From NCBI RefSeq assembly GCF_009914755.1, contig NC_060925.1: DNA of 64,000 nucleotides; one strand, 5' to 3'. This stretch comes from the human T2T-CHM13v2.0 reference genome, Homo sapiens. Under the pieces are notes generated by a model. It did no database searches, was not told the origin of the DNA, and worked only from the letters and a program-made list of their open reading frames with translations. Below, one piece after another: positions 25,195 through 43,200 of the stretch. Numbering within the stretch: the first letter of the stretch is position 1; the number at the start of each line of letters is the position of its first letter. Both the position numbers and the translations under genes were made by a program.

Positions 25195-25297
25195 GACCGC
25201 CCTAGGCGCGCTGGGTCTTGTGGGTGGAAACGCGCTGGCTGACTGGGGTCGGCGTTTAGTTCAGCGCAGCGACTCGGGGACCTGGAGCTGACGCCTA
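25195..25297 (+). other. ZCCHC17: ZCCHC17 non-coding exon 1 (5' end approximate)
   Basis: In CpG island; donor CTA|GTACGT at 25298; no ATG inside; TSS cannot be fixed from sequence alone. Confidence 0.65.
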
Positions 25298-25789
25298 GTA
25301 CGTATGAGGAAGAACGGGGTGGGTGGCTGCCTGAGTCTGGAGGCGACGCCTCGGTTGTGCAGTCTGAACCTGCCCTTCTCAGCTGAGGGTGCTGACAGCA
25401 AGGGGTGGGAGGCGGGCCCCGAGTCCCCAGCTGTGGTAAGTAGTAGCCTGGGCTCCCTTTCGGGGCAGGAGCGGAGCCTTGGGGTCTCTGGCGGCAAGAC
25501 CCAGCCCCTGCGGCTCCCTTCTTCAAGAGCGCCCATCGTGGCCAGTCCTGTGCCGGGCATTCCCAGGGAGAAAGGCCTGCGTCCCAGCCTCCTCCGGTGC
25601 CCCATTTGGCCGAGGAGGCTGACTTGTTTCTGCCACTGATTTTGCAGTTTTTGATCAGGGCCTACTGTATGCCCCCCTGAGAGAGACAGTGATGAAGGAA
25701 ATGTCCGACTCCTTCTCCAGAGCACAGTCTTGTTGAGAAATTTGAGACTCATGCCCATGAACGTGGTCATTGCCTCAGTCGTCCTGCTG

Positions 25790-28807
<3,018 letters not shown>

Positions 28808-28831
28808 ATATCTGATATCCCTATCAGATTA

Positions 28832-29183
<352 letters not shown>

Positions 29184-30105
29184 TTAGTGGCAAGTGTGTG
29201 TGGCCCTTGGAATGGCCTAAGATTTGTCTCTTTCTTGCTGTGTTGTTTTGGACAAGTTATTTCATTCCTGTAAAATAGGATTACTTGCTTTGTAGAGGAG
29301 TTTTAGGGATTGAAAGCAGGTTTATAAAGTACCTTATATATAAACATCAATCAATAGCATACTGAATTGATGAATTAACAATTTAAATGGGGTAAAATTA
29401 AATACTTCACTATTTTAGTAGACAATTTCCATGTGTGTTACACTGTGCTAGGCACTGGAGATTTGGGGAGGAAGGATATGATGATGTGCAAGACAAAGGC
29501 ATGCTTACAAGAGTTCCACACTCTACAAAGGGAGGAAAAAAATGTCCCTAAAAATGATTTGAATCCCATCTCCATCATTCATATTTTGCAATCTTGAGCG
29601 AGTTTACTTAGCTTCTCTTGTGTCCTCATTTTTAAAATGGCAATGATAATTGCCTGTTTTATGGGATAGTCAAGAAGAGGATTATTGAATGTCATGAAGA
29701 TAAAATTTTAAAAAGAAAAATTAGTTAAGAGAAGTAAAGCTCTTAGATTAATACATGGCAGATATGAAGCACTCAAATATTAGCTATTATAAGACTTTGA
29801 AGGGATCTTAGGAATAATTGACTGAAAGTGTAGTGTCGAGTGGTAGAATAAGTGCTGATCCTGGGGTCTTATACCAGTGTTGCTAACTGTGAGCAGCCTT
29901 TGTCAAATCACTTGGCTTCATTTTCAGTGGCCTAAGAGTAATAGGTTTAATTATTTCCATAATTCCTTTAAGTTTTTACATTTTCTGAGTTCATCTTTTG
30001 TGTTTTTCCTGGCATTTTACTATTCCTCTTTCCTGCTTTTGGCTATTTTCTCAACAGGTCCACGACTGGAATTTGAAAGCAAGAAGCATCTATCTTACAT
30101 GGTCA

Positions 30106-30507
<402 letters not shown>

Positions 30508-30807
30508 CTAGCTCCTTCTTCTTCTATATCCTTTAGACCAGAATGTGTTCCCCCCTCTTTCTCTACCTGTGCTTGGCATATAGTGAGGCTCAGTTCACTC
30601 ATTTAAAAAAAAACTGAGTACTTGTAGTATACCAGACCCCAGGAACACAAAATCAAATGAGAAATGGTCCTTGGTTTCATGTTTGAATGAATGGATCCAG
30701 ACGTTGCTCATCCTAGCTCTTCCATGAATGATATCCACATTGATTCCTCTAATGTTGGGACCTAGTTAGTGTTAGAGCTATATTCTACAAAATTTAGATT
30801 TAGACCG

Positions 30808-31150
30808 TGTATTAGCCCATTTTCACACTGCTCTAAAGAACTCCCTGAGACTGGGTAATTATAAAGGAGAAAGGTTTAATTGACTCACAGTTCTGAATTG
30901 CTGGGGAGTCCTCAGGAAACTTATAACTCATGGCAGAAGGTGAAGGGGAAGCAAGGCACGTCTTAAGTGGTGTCAGAGGAGAGAGAGAGAGAGCAAGAGA
31001 AACTGCCACATTTAAACCATCAGATCTCGTGAAAACTCTGTCACTATCATGAGAACAGACTGTGGGAAACTGCCATGATCCAGTCACCTCCCACTAGGTC
31101 CCTCCCCCAACATGTGGGGATTACAGTTCAAGATGAAATTTGGGTGAGGA
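30808..31150 (-). mobile_element. MST/THE1-type MaLR LTR
   Basis: tgtattag...gagactgggtaatt...gacacaaagccaaaccata is the reverse complement of the MaLR LTR pattern. Confidence 0.8.
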
Positions 31151-32482
31151 CACAAAGCCAAACCATATTCGATTGTGAATTCTTTTTGAGGTATAGTGCT
31201 TAAGAATGCAGGCTCTTGGCCGGGTGCCATGGCTCATGCCTGTAATCTCAGCACTTTGGGAGGCTGAGGTAGGAGGATTGCTTGAGCCAGGAGTTCAAGA
31301 CCAGACTGGGCAACATAATGAAATCCAGTCTCTACCCCCCCTCAAAAAAAAAAAAAATTAGCCAAGCTCGTTGGTGTGTTTCTGTCCCAGCTACTTGGGA
31401 GGCTGAGGCGGGAGGATAGCTTGAGCCCAGGAGGTCAAGGCTGCAGGGAGCCATGTTTGGACCATTGCACTCCGGCCTGGACAACAGAGTGAGACCCTGC
31501 CTCAAAACAAAAAACAAAGCAAACAGTGCAGGCTCTGGAGTCATTATTCTGTCTCTGTTCATATCCTAGTAGTTTTAGTTAGCTTACTTTGCTCACAATT
31601 CCAGCACAGCTTAAAGATAAACTAAAATTCCTTTAAATTCTTAGGGTTCTAGTCAATTAGTACTCAAGTAACAAAAAAATCTAAATCCAAACAAGCTGGA
31701 AAATGATAACAACAAAAATCTTGACCAGGTCAGTAAGGTGACACATTAAATGAAGTTCCAAAAAGGCTATAAAATGTCTGGCCAATTTAATATTGTTCTT
31801 TAAACTTTTCATTGCTTGGGGGATAGGAGGACAGGATGTGTAGGGTTTTTTTCCCAGTTGCATGTGTACTTTAAAATTTTTTTTTGAAACTATCACATAA
31901 TTATGGAAGCATGTACAGATAACATTTTTCTGAATTATTTGAGTTAAATTGCTGACCCAATACCCCAACAGCCCTGAAAACTTTTTTTCCTACAAACAAG
32001 GACATTCTCCTCTATAGCCACAGTGTAATTACCAACATTATGAAATTAACATTGCATTACTTCTTTGATCCTCAGGCCCCACCTCTTGATGCTCGAGCTC
32101 TGACTACCCATTCTGGGCTGCTCCAGTGTGTGCCTTCATCACCTTATTCTTCCCTATATTGCAGTTCTCTTTGTAGATTTCCTCCTCACCCAGCTTAGAC
32201 TCTGACCTCACTCTGGGCCACCATTTCTTCTCCTGTATCCTTTACTTCCATCCCATACTTTCCTTTCTCTGTCCCTTGTTTTGGAAAGAGAGTGGCTAGT
32301 AATTGGTCCCCTGTTGCTTCCCTATGTAACACAGTTGTTTAAAACATGCAAGCAAAATGCTTTGTTCTGCATTCAGAGCTATTGCAAGGCAACTCCAAAT
32401 GGTGTACCTCAATCCTTGTCGACTTACTGGCTCTTTTAAGTGTATGAATGTGGTCCTGTCTGACTGACTGTATCTATCTTAA

Positions 32483-33022
<540 letters not shown>

Positions 33023-33493
33023 TAGCCAGGATGGTCTTGATCTCCTGACCTCGTGATCCACCTGCCTCAGCCTCCCAAAGTGCTGGGATTACAGGCGTGA
33101 GCCACCACGCACGGCTGTATACTCTTTAAAAGTAGCAGAACTCTTTTTTTTTCCAAGTGAAATCTTACACAGAATTTTAATATGTAAACTGGATCAAAGC
33201 AGAATACGTTGTTACAGTAGGCACCCTTGCAGTAATTCTCACTCACTCCCCCTTTCACTGTGGCCCACCATAAGGTTGGGAGATTAACTGTGAATCAGTA
33301 ATAATTGACCTTTGCCTAATTACTGAGGAGAGGCTTCTACCCAACTGCTCTGAGTGGGACTTCTCCCAGCTCTAGTTTCTTTGGGGGTTCTACTCCCTCA
33401 GCCTTTGGTATGGAGGCTCACCTCTGGTTGGTTGACTTAGAGGCAGCCTCACTGGTCTGGGACCTTGTGGTGACCTAGATATTTCAGAGTTGA

Positions 33494-33625
<132 letters not shown>

Positions 33626-34119
33626 TGAGTAGCTGGGACAATAGGCAGGTGCCACTATGCCGAGCTAATTTATTTTATTTTTTGTATTTTTAGTAGAGAT
33701 AGGGTTTTACCGTGTTGTCCAGGCTGGTCTTGAACTCCTGACCTCAAGCGATCCACCCACCTTGGCCTTCCAAAGTGCTGGGATACAGGCGTGAGCCACC
33801 ATGCCCGGCCATAATTTTCTTTTCTTTTTTTAAAAAAATATTTTGTGGAGATGGGGTGTCGCTGTGTTGCCCAGGCTGGCCTCGAACTTCTGGTCTCAAG
33901 CATTCCTTCCACCTCAGCCTTCCAAAGTGCTGGAATTACAGGTGTGGACTACTGTACCTGGCCTGGAAGTTGACTTTTTAAAAATAAATTTGGATTAACT
34001 AAGGAGCCTCTGAGTAACCGCAATAGAACCCTCGGTTTCTACAGAATTTGAAAAAAAGTTTTATATTCCATATTTAAAAAATGACAACCATTTACTTTCC
34101 TGAAATTGTAAACCTGTTA

Positions 34120-34857
34120 TAGTCATACCCCCTTGTTCATGGGGGATACATTCCAAGACCCCCATTGGATCCCTAAAATTGTGGGCACTGCTGAACCCAG
34201 TTGCTATCAATTGGAAGACGTTTCTGTTTGTATTTTCTACCCACAAATTTAATGCCTTCTCCATCTTAACTAAGCACTTATCATACACTGTGGCTATAAC
34301 TTTAGCAGTTTGAGGTGCAACAGCAAAACTAACATGAATGTTTTTTTCTTCCTCACAATTTCAGACATCGAAGATTCATTCTTACTATAGATCTTAGCAA
34401 CCTTAGCATACAATTTTTTTTTTCCCCTTGAGAACTTTCACCCTTTCACTTAAAGGAAGCAGTTTACAGCTTCTCTTTGGTATACCAAAATTGCCAGCAT
34501 TACTACTCTGCTTCGTGGCCATTATTAAGTAAAGAAAGGATTATTTGAACACAAGCAGAGATACTTCAACAGTCAGTCTGATAACCAAGATGGCTACTAT
34601 GTGACTAATGGGCACTTAATATACACTGAGTGACTAGTGTATGCAGCATGGATACGCTGGACAAAGGGGATGATTCATATCCCAGATGGAACAGAGTGGG
34701 ATGGCACAAGATTTCATCACACTAATAAGAACAACATAACAGTTTTAAGCTTATGAATTGTTTATTTCTGGAATTTTTCATTTGGTGTTTTTGGACCGTG
34801 GTAGACTGTGAGTAACTGCAACTGTGGAAAGTACAACTGTGGATGGGAGGACTACTG
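34120..34857 (-). mobile_element. MER44/Tigger7-type TcMar DNA transposon
   Basis: Degenerate terminal inverted repeats (tagtcatacccc.../ggaggactactg-TA); transposase-like remnant DKCLVKMEKALNLWVE on the minus strand. Confidence 0.75.
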
Positions 34858-34977
34858 TACTGTTATATTTCAGGCTTTCCCTCAAAAATGCATGCCAGTT
34901 TTTTTTTTGAGATAAGGTCTCACTGTGTCGCCCAGGCTGGATTGCATTGGCATGATCGTACCTCACTGCAGCCTTGA

Positions 34978-35220
<243 letters not shown>

Positions 35221-35633
35221 TAGCTAATTTTTGTATTTTTAGTAGAGACGGGGTTTCACTATGTTGGCCGGGATGGTCTCGAACTCTTGACCTTGTGATC
35301 CACCCGCCTTGGCCTCCCAAAGCGCTGGGATTACAGGCGTGAGCCACTGTGCCTGGCTGATTTTTTTTTTTTTTAAGTAGAGATAGAGTCTCACTGTGTT
35401 GTCCAGGCTGGTCTTGAACTCCTGGCCTCAAGTGATCCTCCCGCCTTAGCTTCCCATGATTACAGTCGTGAGCCACTGCACCTGGCCCCAGTTTCCTTCT
35501 TGAAGAATTGCATGGGGTTTCTTAGGCCACTGTTCTACAAGAGGTATAAATCTGGGAGCATTAAACCTAGCTTTTTGTATGCTTATCACAGCAGAAGTCT
35601 GTAAGCAACAATGTAAGTTCATTTCTGCTTTAG

Positions 35634-36152
<519 letters not shown>

Positions 36153-37538
36153 TAGATGTTTCAGCTGCTGGTGCCCCTATGGATTCTGTACCTCACTAAT
36201 ACGTTTCAAGTGTTGGAGGGATAATAAAAGTCTCCTGATAGAACCTGATAGATTAGTAACTCCTGTTCTAGCATGTGAGGTGAGGGATACTGGACAGAGG
36301 GAAAGGACAGGCTAGAGATGAGATTGTATTGCTATGAAATGGAAGAGGCAGGATTTAACCAGAATGTAAAACTTGGAATTAACCTGTTTATGAGCTATTT
36401 CTCAAGAACTGACAAATCTGCCTGTATTAGCTCTGTGTACTTTTAGTACAGTAATAAAAAGACACTTTGGCTGACCTAAGCAGAAAAGGGCAAGTTTAGT
36501 ATAAGGATATAAGATTATCTTAGGGAGCTTGAGGACAGGGATGTTCCTGAGCTGTGGGATAATACTAGAACAAGGGTTTGGATGTCCTGAAAGGATTTTC
36601 TTTCATTTCTGTTTCAAGTGAAGCTGTCAATTTAATGGATGGTCATTGTAAATCAGGAATACTTACCAAAATCAGGACATCAAGTCATCCTCTGAAAGTG
36701 AAAGGAAGCAGTGGGGGTTGAGGAGAGAAGAAAGTATTTACCTGTGAAAACACAAGAAAAATAATTTCAGGTCTTACTGGTGTCAAATGTAATTGGGAGG
36801 AAAGAGAACTGAGGATAGTACCATTAGATTTATCTTGGCAGTGATTTATCCAACAGAGTAAAGAGGCATGTTTAAGAGCCGCTAGATTGCTGGTTTCCCC
36901 TCTGTTTAAGATCAGGAGGCTGAGCAAGATTATCTCTAAGGTAAGTATCCAAAGCTGTAAGTTTTGCTACTTAGGCAGTATCAGTGTCACCTAGTAGCTG
37001 GTTGAAAATGCATTATCTCAGGTAACACCTCAGACCTACTGAACTGCAATCTGCATTTTCACATAATTCAGAAATAGTTAAATGAATTTGGTACATCCAA
37101 CAATGGATTATTAGGTACGTGTTAACAAAAAGTTGTGTATGCGTATGAATTGCTGTAGTAAGAAAATGATTTCATGATTCCATTAAAAAACCACTTCTAC
37201 ATATAAAAAAACTGTAAGAATATAGATCAAATTGAATTACAGGTGATTTCATTTTCTTTATTATTAATGTATTATCTGAATTTTTTTATTATCTGAACTT
37301 TCACAGTGTGTATGTGTTTTAATTTTATCAAGAAAAAAAAAGTAAGCCCTTTTCTCTTTGAAGTCACTTCAGATTTAATACCTTAGCATAGTAGTTAAGA
37401 GAATGGACTCTGGAGTCAGCCAGTTTGACTCCCCATTTCCTGGCTTTTTGACATGCTTAGTAATTTAACTTCTGGAAGCCTTTGTTCTCTCATCTGTATA
37501 ATATAATAGTAATAGAACTTACATTTTAAGAGTTTTGA

Positions 37539-37841
<303 letters not shown>

Positions 37842-38266
37842 TGAGAATTAAACGAGATTGCATGTCTAGTGCTTAGCACAGTGCCTGGACATAGTAAGTG
37901 CTGCATTAATGTTTTTATTTCTGTTATTCCATTTTTTTGAGATCCGGTCAAACATACTTAACATCTTTTCCCACCCTCCCCCAAAATTCTTCCCCGGCAA
38001 AAAAAATAGCAAAAATAGCAATTTAAAAAAACCAAACACAACAAAATTAGTAGCCTAATGGCCTTGGGTAAGTAACAAATTGTTGAGAAATAGGATCAAG
38101 GTTTCCAAAACTCCCCACAATTAGAATAAACAAAAGAGATTTGGATAAAAGTGTATGGTGTTAAATCTAGTGGTATTATTCTGTAGAGAATAGCTGTGGA
38201 TTGTCTGCATATTCATTTCTTTAATGCAGATATCTCTCTAATTGGTGTCTGATTTCTTTATGACAG

Positions 38267-38321
38267 GACACTTGTATTAGCTTTAATAGAAGAGAAATGG
38301 AGGAGCCATAGAATATTAAGG
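38267..38321 (+). other. ZCCHC17: ZCCHC17 exon 2, 5'UTR portion (contains uORF)
   Basis: Acceptor tttctttatgacag|GAC at 38266/38267; 55 nt before the ATG. Confidence 0.85.
38297..38311 (+). other. uORF ATG GAG GAG CCA TAG (MEEP*)
   Basis: Strong Kozak context (G at -3, G at +4); ends 10 nt before the main ATG. Confidence 0.7.
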
Positions 38322-38387
38322 ATGAATTCAGGAAGGCCTGAGACCATGGAAAACTTGCCTGCTCTCTACACTATTTTCCAAGGAGAG
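38322..38387 (+). CDS. ZCCHC17: ZCCHC17 exon 2 CDS (MNSGRPETMENLPALYTIFQGE)
   Basis: Matches the pNO40/PS1D N-terminus; 66 nt; donor GAG|GTATA. Confidence 0.94.
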
Positions 38388-38634
38388 GTATATTCTTTTG
38401 TGCTTTGAAAACCCACCATTTATGTTAAAATAGATTAAGGGTGACAACTGGGTTTGTTGTTCCTGTCCACTTAAGTCTGTCTTGAGCATTACAGCTTAAA
38501 TGGGAAGGGCCAGCGGAACATCTGGCAATCACATGTGCCTTCTCTAAGCTCCAGATATTTAAGTGCGTAGTTGACATCGTCATTGGAATACCAGCATGTG
38601 TAATTTATGTTTTAAAATGAATTTATTTTTTCAC

Positions 38635-38990
38635 TGCTGTGGTTTGAATGTGTCCCCTAAAAAGCATGTTTTGGAAACTTAATCTCCAGTGCATCAACGT
38701 TGGGAGGTAGGACCTAGTAGGAGGTATTTAGTTCTTGAGGGCTCCACCCTCCTGAAGGGATTAATGCCAATTATTGAAAGGCTTGAGGCTGTGAGTTTGA
38801 TCTCTTTCTCTCCTTCTTACCCTCTTGCCTTCCACCATGGGATGACACAACAAGAAGATTCTTGCCAGATGCTGGCACCTTGCTCTTGGACTTTCCAACC
38901 TCCAGAACTATGAGCCAAATAAATTTCATTTCTTTATAAATTATCCAGTCTCTGGTATTCTGTTAAAGTAACACAGAACATACTGAGACA
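38635..38990 (+). mobile_element. MST/MLT1A-type MaLR LTR
   Basis: tgctgtggtttgaatgtgtcccc...ccaacctccagaact...aataaat...actgagaca. Confidence 0.75.
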
Positions 38991-39674
38991 CTCAAAAAAT
39001 TGTTTCTCTTCTAGATGTTTTCACCTCAACAAATAGAACCACTATCCTGCAGGTTCCCAGACTACACATCTGGCCATCACCCTTGATTTCTCTTCTTGAT
39101 TTGATTTTGATTTTCCCTCCCACTCCAGTCTATTTGCAAGTCCTAATTATATCTCTGGTCTATGTACTTCTTTATCCCCTTGGCACCCTATTAGTTAAAA
39201 CTCTCTATCTCTTGCCTGGTCTTTACTGGGATCCCTGCTTCATCGTAGCTCCTCTCCAGTCTGTTCTTCACATTGTAGCTAGCATAAGATTTTTGTTTTT
39301 GTTTTTGTTTTTTAATTCTTTTTTAAAAATTGAGCTGGGGTCTCACTATGTTGCCCAGGCTGGTCTCAAACTCCTGGGCTTAAGTGATACTCCCACTTCA
39401 GCCTCCCAGAGTCCTGGGGTTACAGGCATGAGCCATTGTGCTTGGCCTAGAATAAGATTTTTAAAGTAGGTTGGACATGTTGCTTTCTCACGGCTCTTCA
39501 GAAGCTTCTCATTACAATTGAATACAGACATGGACCTTCCACAGCTTGCCCCTGGGTGCTCTCACAATGTTGTTTGTTCTACCCTGCTCGTAGTCAAGAC
39601 ACACTGGCCTCCTTAATAGCTTTGAACAGTCTGAGTTCTTGCTCTCTCTTTAGGATTTGTGCACATGCTGTTTT

Positions 39675-40378
39675 CTTTTTAGTCTGTGCTGCTATAACAA
39701 AATACCTGAGATTGGGTAATTTATAAAGAACAGAAATTTATTTCTCACAGTTCTGGAGGCTGGGAAATCTAAGATCAAGTTGTCAGCAGATTTGGTGTCT
39801 AGTGAAGACTACTCTGTTTCCAAGATGGCACCTTCCTGCTGCATCCTCTGGAGGGAAGAAATGCTGTGTCCTCACATGACGGAAGGGACAGAAGGAGCGA
39901 ACTCACCCTTTCGAGCCCTTTTATGAGGCACTCATCCATTCATGAGGGGCCTAAGGGCCCCACCTCTTGATACCATTGAATTGGGGATTAGGCTTCAAAG
40001 TGAATATTGGAGAAATACCAAAGTTCATGTTGAACTTTAGTCCCCCACGTGGGGGTATTAAGAGGTGGTATTAAGAAGTATTAATCACTTGGGAAGTGGT
40101 TAAGTCATGAAGGCTCTGCCCTTGTAAATGTGATTAATGCCCTTATAGAAGAGGCTACAGAGAGCTGCCTGGCCCCTCCATTCCTTCTGCTGTGTGAAGA
40201 CACAGCATTTGTCACCTCCAAAGGACACAGGAATAAGGTGCCATCTTGGAAGCAGACAGTGAGCCCTTATCAAACACAAAATCTGCTGGCACCTTGATCT
40301 TGAACTTCCCAGCCTCCAGAATTGTGAGAAATAAATTTCTACGGTATTTTGTTATAGCAGCACCAACAGACTAAGACA
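39675..40378. mobile_element. Two MaLR (MST/MLT1A-like) LTRs, head-to-head (minus about 39675-40010, plus about 40020-40378)
   Basis: Mirror motifs ttctggaggctgggaa / ttcccagcctccagaa and ccaagatggcacct / aggtgccatcttgg. Confidence 0.75.
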
Positions 40379-43014
40379 CTCTTCCTTTTAACTACCCACT
40401 TTCCCATCATCTTGTATTCATCCTTTAGGTCTCAGCCCTAATGTCTCCTCAGAATTTTTTTTACCCATCATAAATAAATCGGTTCACACTGTATTTAATT
40501 ATATACTTGTTTAATGTCTATCTTCCTCACAAGACACTAAGCTCCATGAGGGCTGAGTTGTGTCTGTTTTGTTGTATATCTCAGTCTTAGGTGGATGGGT
40601 AGAAAATAGTAAGTGCTTGATACATTTTTGATGACCGAATGAATTATCAACCTTTGGTAGAGAAGGCATATTTGTTTCAAGAGCAGAGGCTTTGAAACCA
40701 GACAAAATCGGGATTCTAGTCCCAGCTCTTTTGCTTGCTATGTGAGCCTTTAGGGTGTCACTTAATCTCTTTGAACCTCAGTTTTCTTGTTTGTTAAATG
40801 GAGGTTCCATTTATTCACAGTAATTCTCTTCCATAGAATTACTGTGATGGTTAAATAAGCTATCATCTATAAGAATACAATGCCTGAGACATAGTAGGAA
40901 TTAATTAATGTTGGCTCCCTCCTCTTGAAGTGAAAGTAAAGCCAAAAAATTGTTTTCAGTGTCTTACAAGAGCATGTAGTTTGCTTGTTCATTTGTTTGA
41001 GACAGAGTTTTGCTCTTGTTGCCCAGGTTGGAGTGCAATGGTGTGATCTCAGCTCACTGCAACTGCTCACTGCAACCTCCACCTCCCAGGTTCAAGCAAT
41101 TCTCCTGCCTCAGCCTCCTAAGTAGCTGGGATTACAGGCGCCCACCACCACACCCAGCTAAATTTTGTACTTTTAGTAGAGACAAGGTTTCACCATGTTG
41201 GCCAGGCTAGTCTCCTGACCTCAGGTGATCCACCTGCCTCGGCCTCCCAAAGTGCTGGGATTACAGGTGTGAGCCACCACACTGGGCCTCTTTTTTTTTT
41301 TTTTTTTTTTCTTTTTTTTGAGACAAGATCTCACTCTGTTGCCCAGGCTGGACTGCAATGGTGTGATTTGGCTAACTGCAACTTCCACCTCCTGGGTTTT
41401 AAGTGATCCTCCCACTCAGCCCCCGAGGTAGCTGGGACTACAGGCACACACCACAACACCTGGCTAATTTTTCTGTAGAGACAAGGTCTCACTATGTTGC
41501 CCAGGCTGGTCTTTTGAACTCCTGAGCTCAAGTGATCTGCCCACCTCAGCCTCCCAAAGTGCTGGGATCAGGCGTGAGCCATCGCACCTGGCCTGAGCCT
41601 ATAGTATTTTAATGGTATCATTTATACTTGATATTCATACTTGGCATTCATACTTGCTTTATATGGTTGACAAAAGTTTTACATCCTAATAATGTGAGGT
41701 CTTGGAGGGCAGACTTTGTGATTATCAGTCAGTTATAGATAATTGTGGCTCTTGACTTCTGTTAAGTTGATCCCAACTTGTAATATAACAGTCAAGATAC
41801 AAAGTATAATACCATTTTAACACATAGCAAACAGCTCTGCTCTTTAAAGCCTCTGTCCTTTTTCTTTATGGCTCATGGTATCCCCAAAGGTTAGTAAGGT
41901 ACCGGAGCTCAGAAGAAGGAAGTGTAGCACTGGAGGTGAAACTGATTTTTCTGATCATGAAGCCCTCACTCATCAGGTGCTGCCCAAAAGAAAGGGAAGA
42001 ACACTCTGCCCTCCACAGAATAACTCGGATTTCTAAAGTGGATCCTAACCTACAGCTCGCTCTTTTCTTTTCTCTTCTCTTCTCTTCTTTCTCTTTTTTT
42101 TTTTGGACAGAGTCTCGCTCTGTCACTCAGGCTGGAGTGCAGTGGTGCAATCTCGGCTCACTGCAACCTCCACCTCCGGGTTCAAGTGATTCTCCTGCCT
42201 AAGCCTCCAGAGTAGCAGGGACTACAGGCGTCAGCCACCACGCCCGGCTAATTTTTTGTATTTTTAGTAGAGACAGAGTTTCGCCATGTTGGCCAGGCTG
42301 ACTTCAAACTCCTGACCTCAGGTGATCCACCCACCTCGGCCTCCCAAAGTGCTGGGATTACAGGTGTGAGCCACTGTGCCTGGCCACCTACAGCTTTCTT
42401 ATATGAGATGGAGCTTGAATTAGTGCAGGTTTTATATATTACTATCAAGGATGGATGGTCTTTAGGAATGTTCAGAGAGAACTTTATAGTTCTAACTTAC
42501 TATTTCAGTAGCATATTTTGAAAAGGGATGGTTTAGAAGTGACTTGGAGTTAGGGAAAGAGAAATACGATAAATTGGAAAGAAGAAACTTTTCAGAATAT
42601 TCATCCAATAAACATTTAATGAGTACCCAATATTTACAAAGAAGAGGAGTTACATTAAAATTGAAAAAAAAAAAAAAAGGTGTAAGCCTAATCTATGCCA
42701 GCACTTTCACACATTCTGTCTTATTGAATCTCTCCAAAGAAATTGTTAACTCTATTTGATAGATAGGGAGACTCTTCTCAGAAGTTAAGTAATCGCCTAG
42801 GGATTAATAAATGGCAAAGCTAGGATTCTAAATCAGGTCCTCTTTCCAAGTTTACTTTCTGCTAAACTGCAGCTGGGGTTGTGCAATTGTACATAAATGT
42901 GTGGAGGAACCAAAAGACCCATGAGAATTCTTTTTTTTTTAAGATGGAGTCTTCCTCTGTCGCTCAGGCTGGAGTGCAGTGGGTTCAAGCGATTCTCATG
43001 CCTCAACCTCCTGA

Positions 43015-43200
<186 letters not shown>

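Larger units (their letters stand above)
24630..25620. promoter_or_regulatory. CpG island / bidirectional promoter shared by SNRNP40 and ZCCHC17
   Basis: GC- and CpG-rich block in an otherwise CpG-depleted window; spans both first exons; no obvious TATA box; boundaries approximate. Confidence 0.9.
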
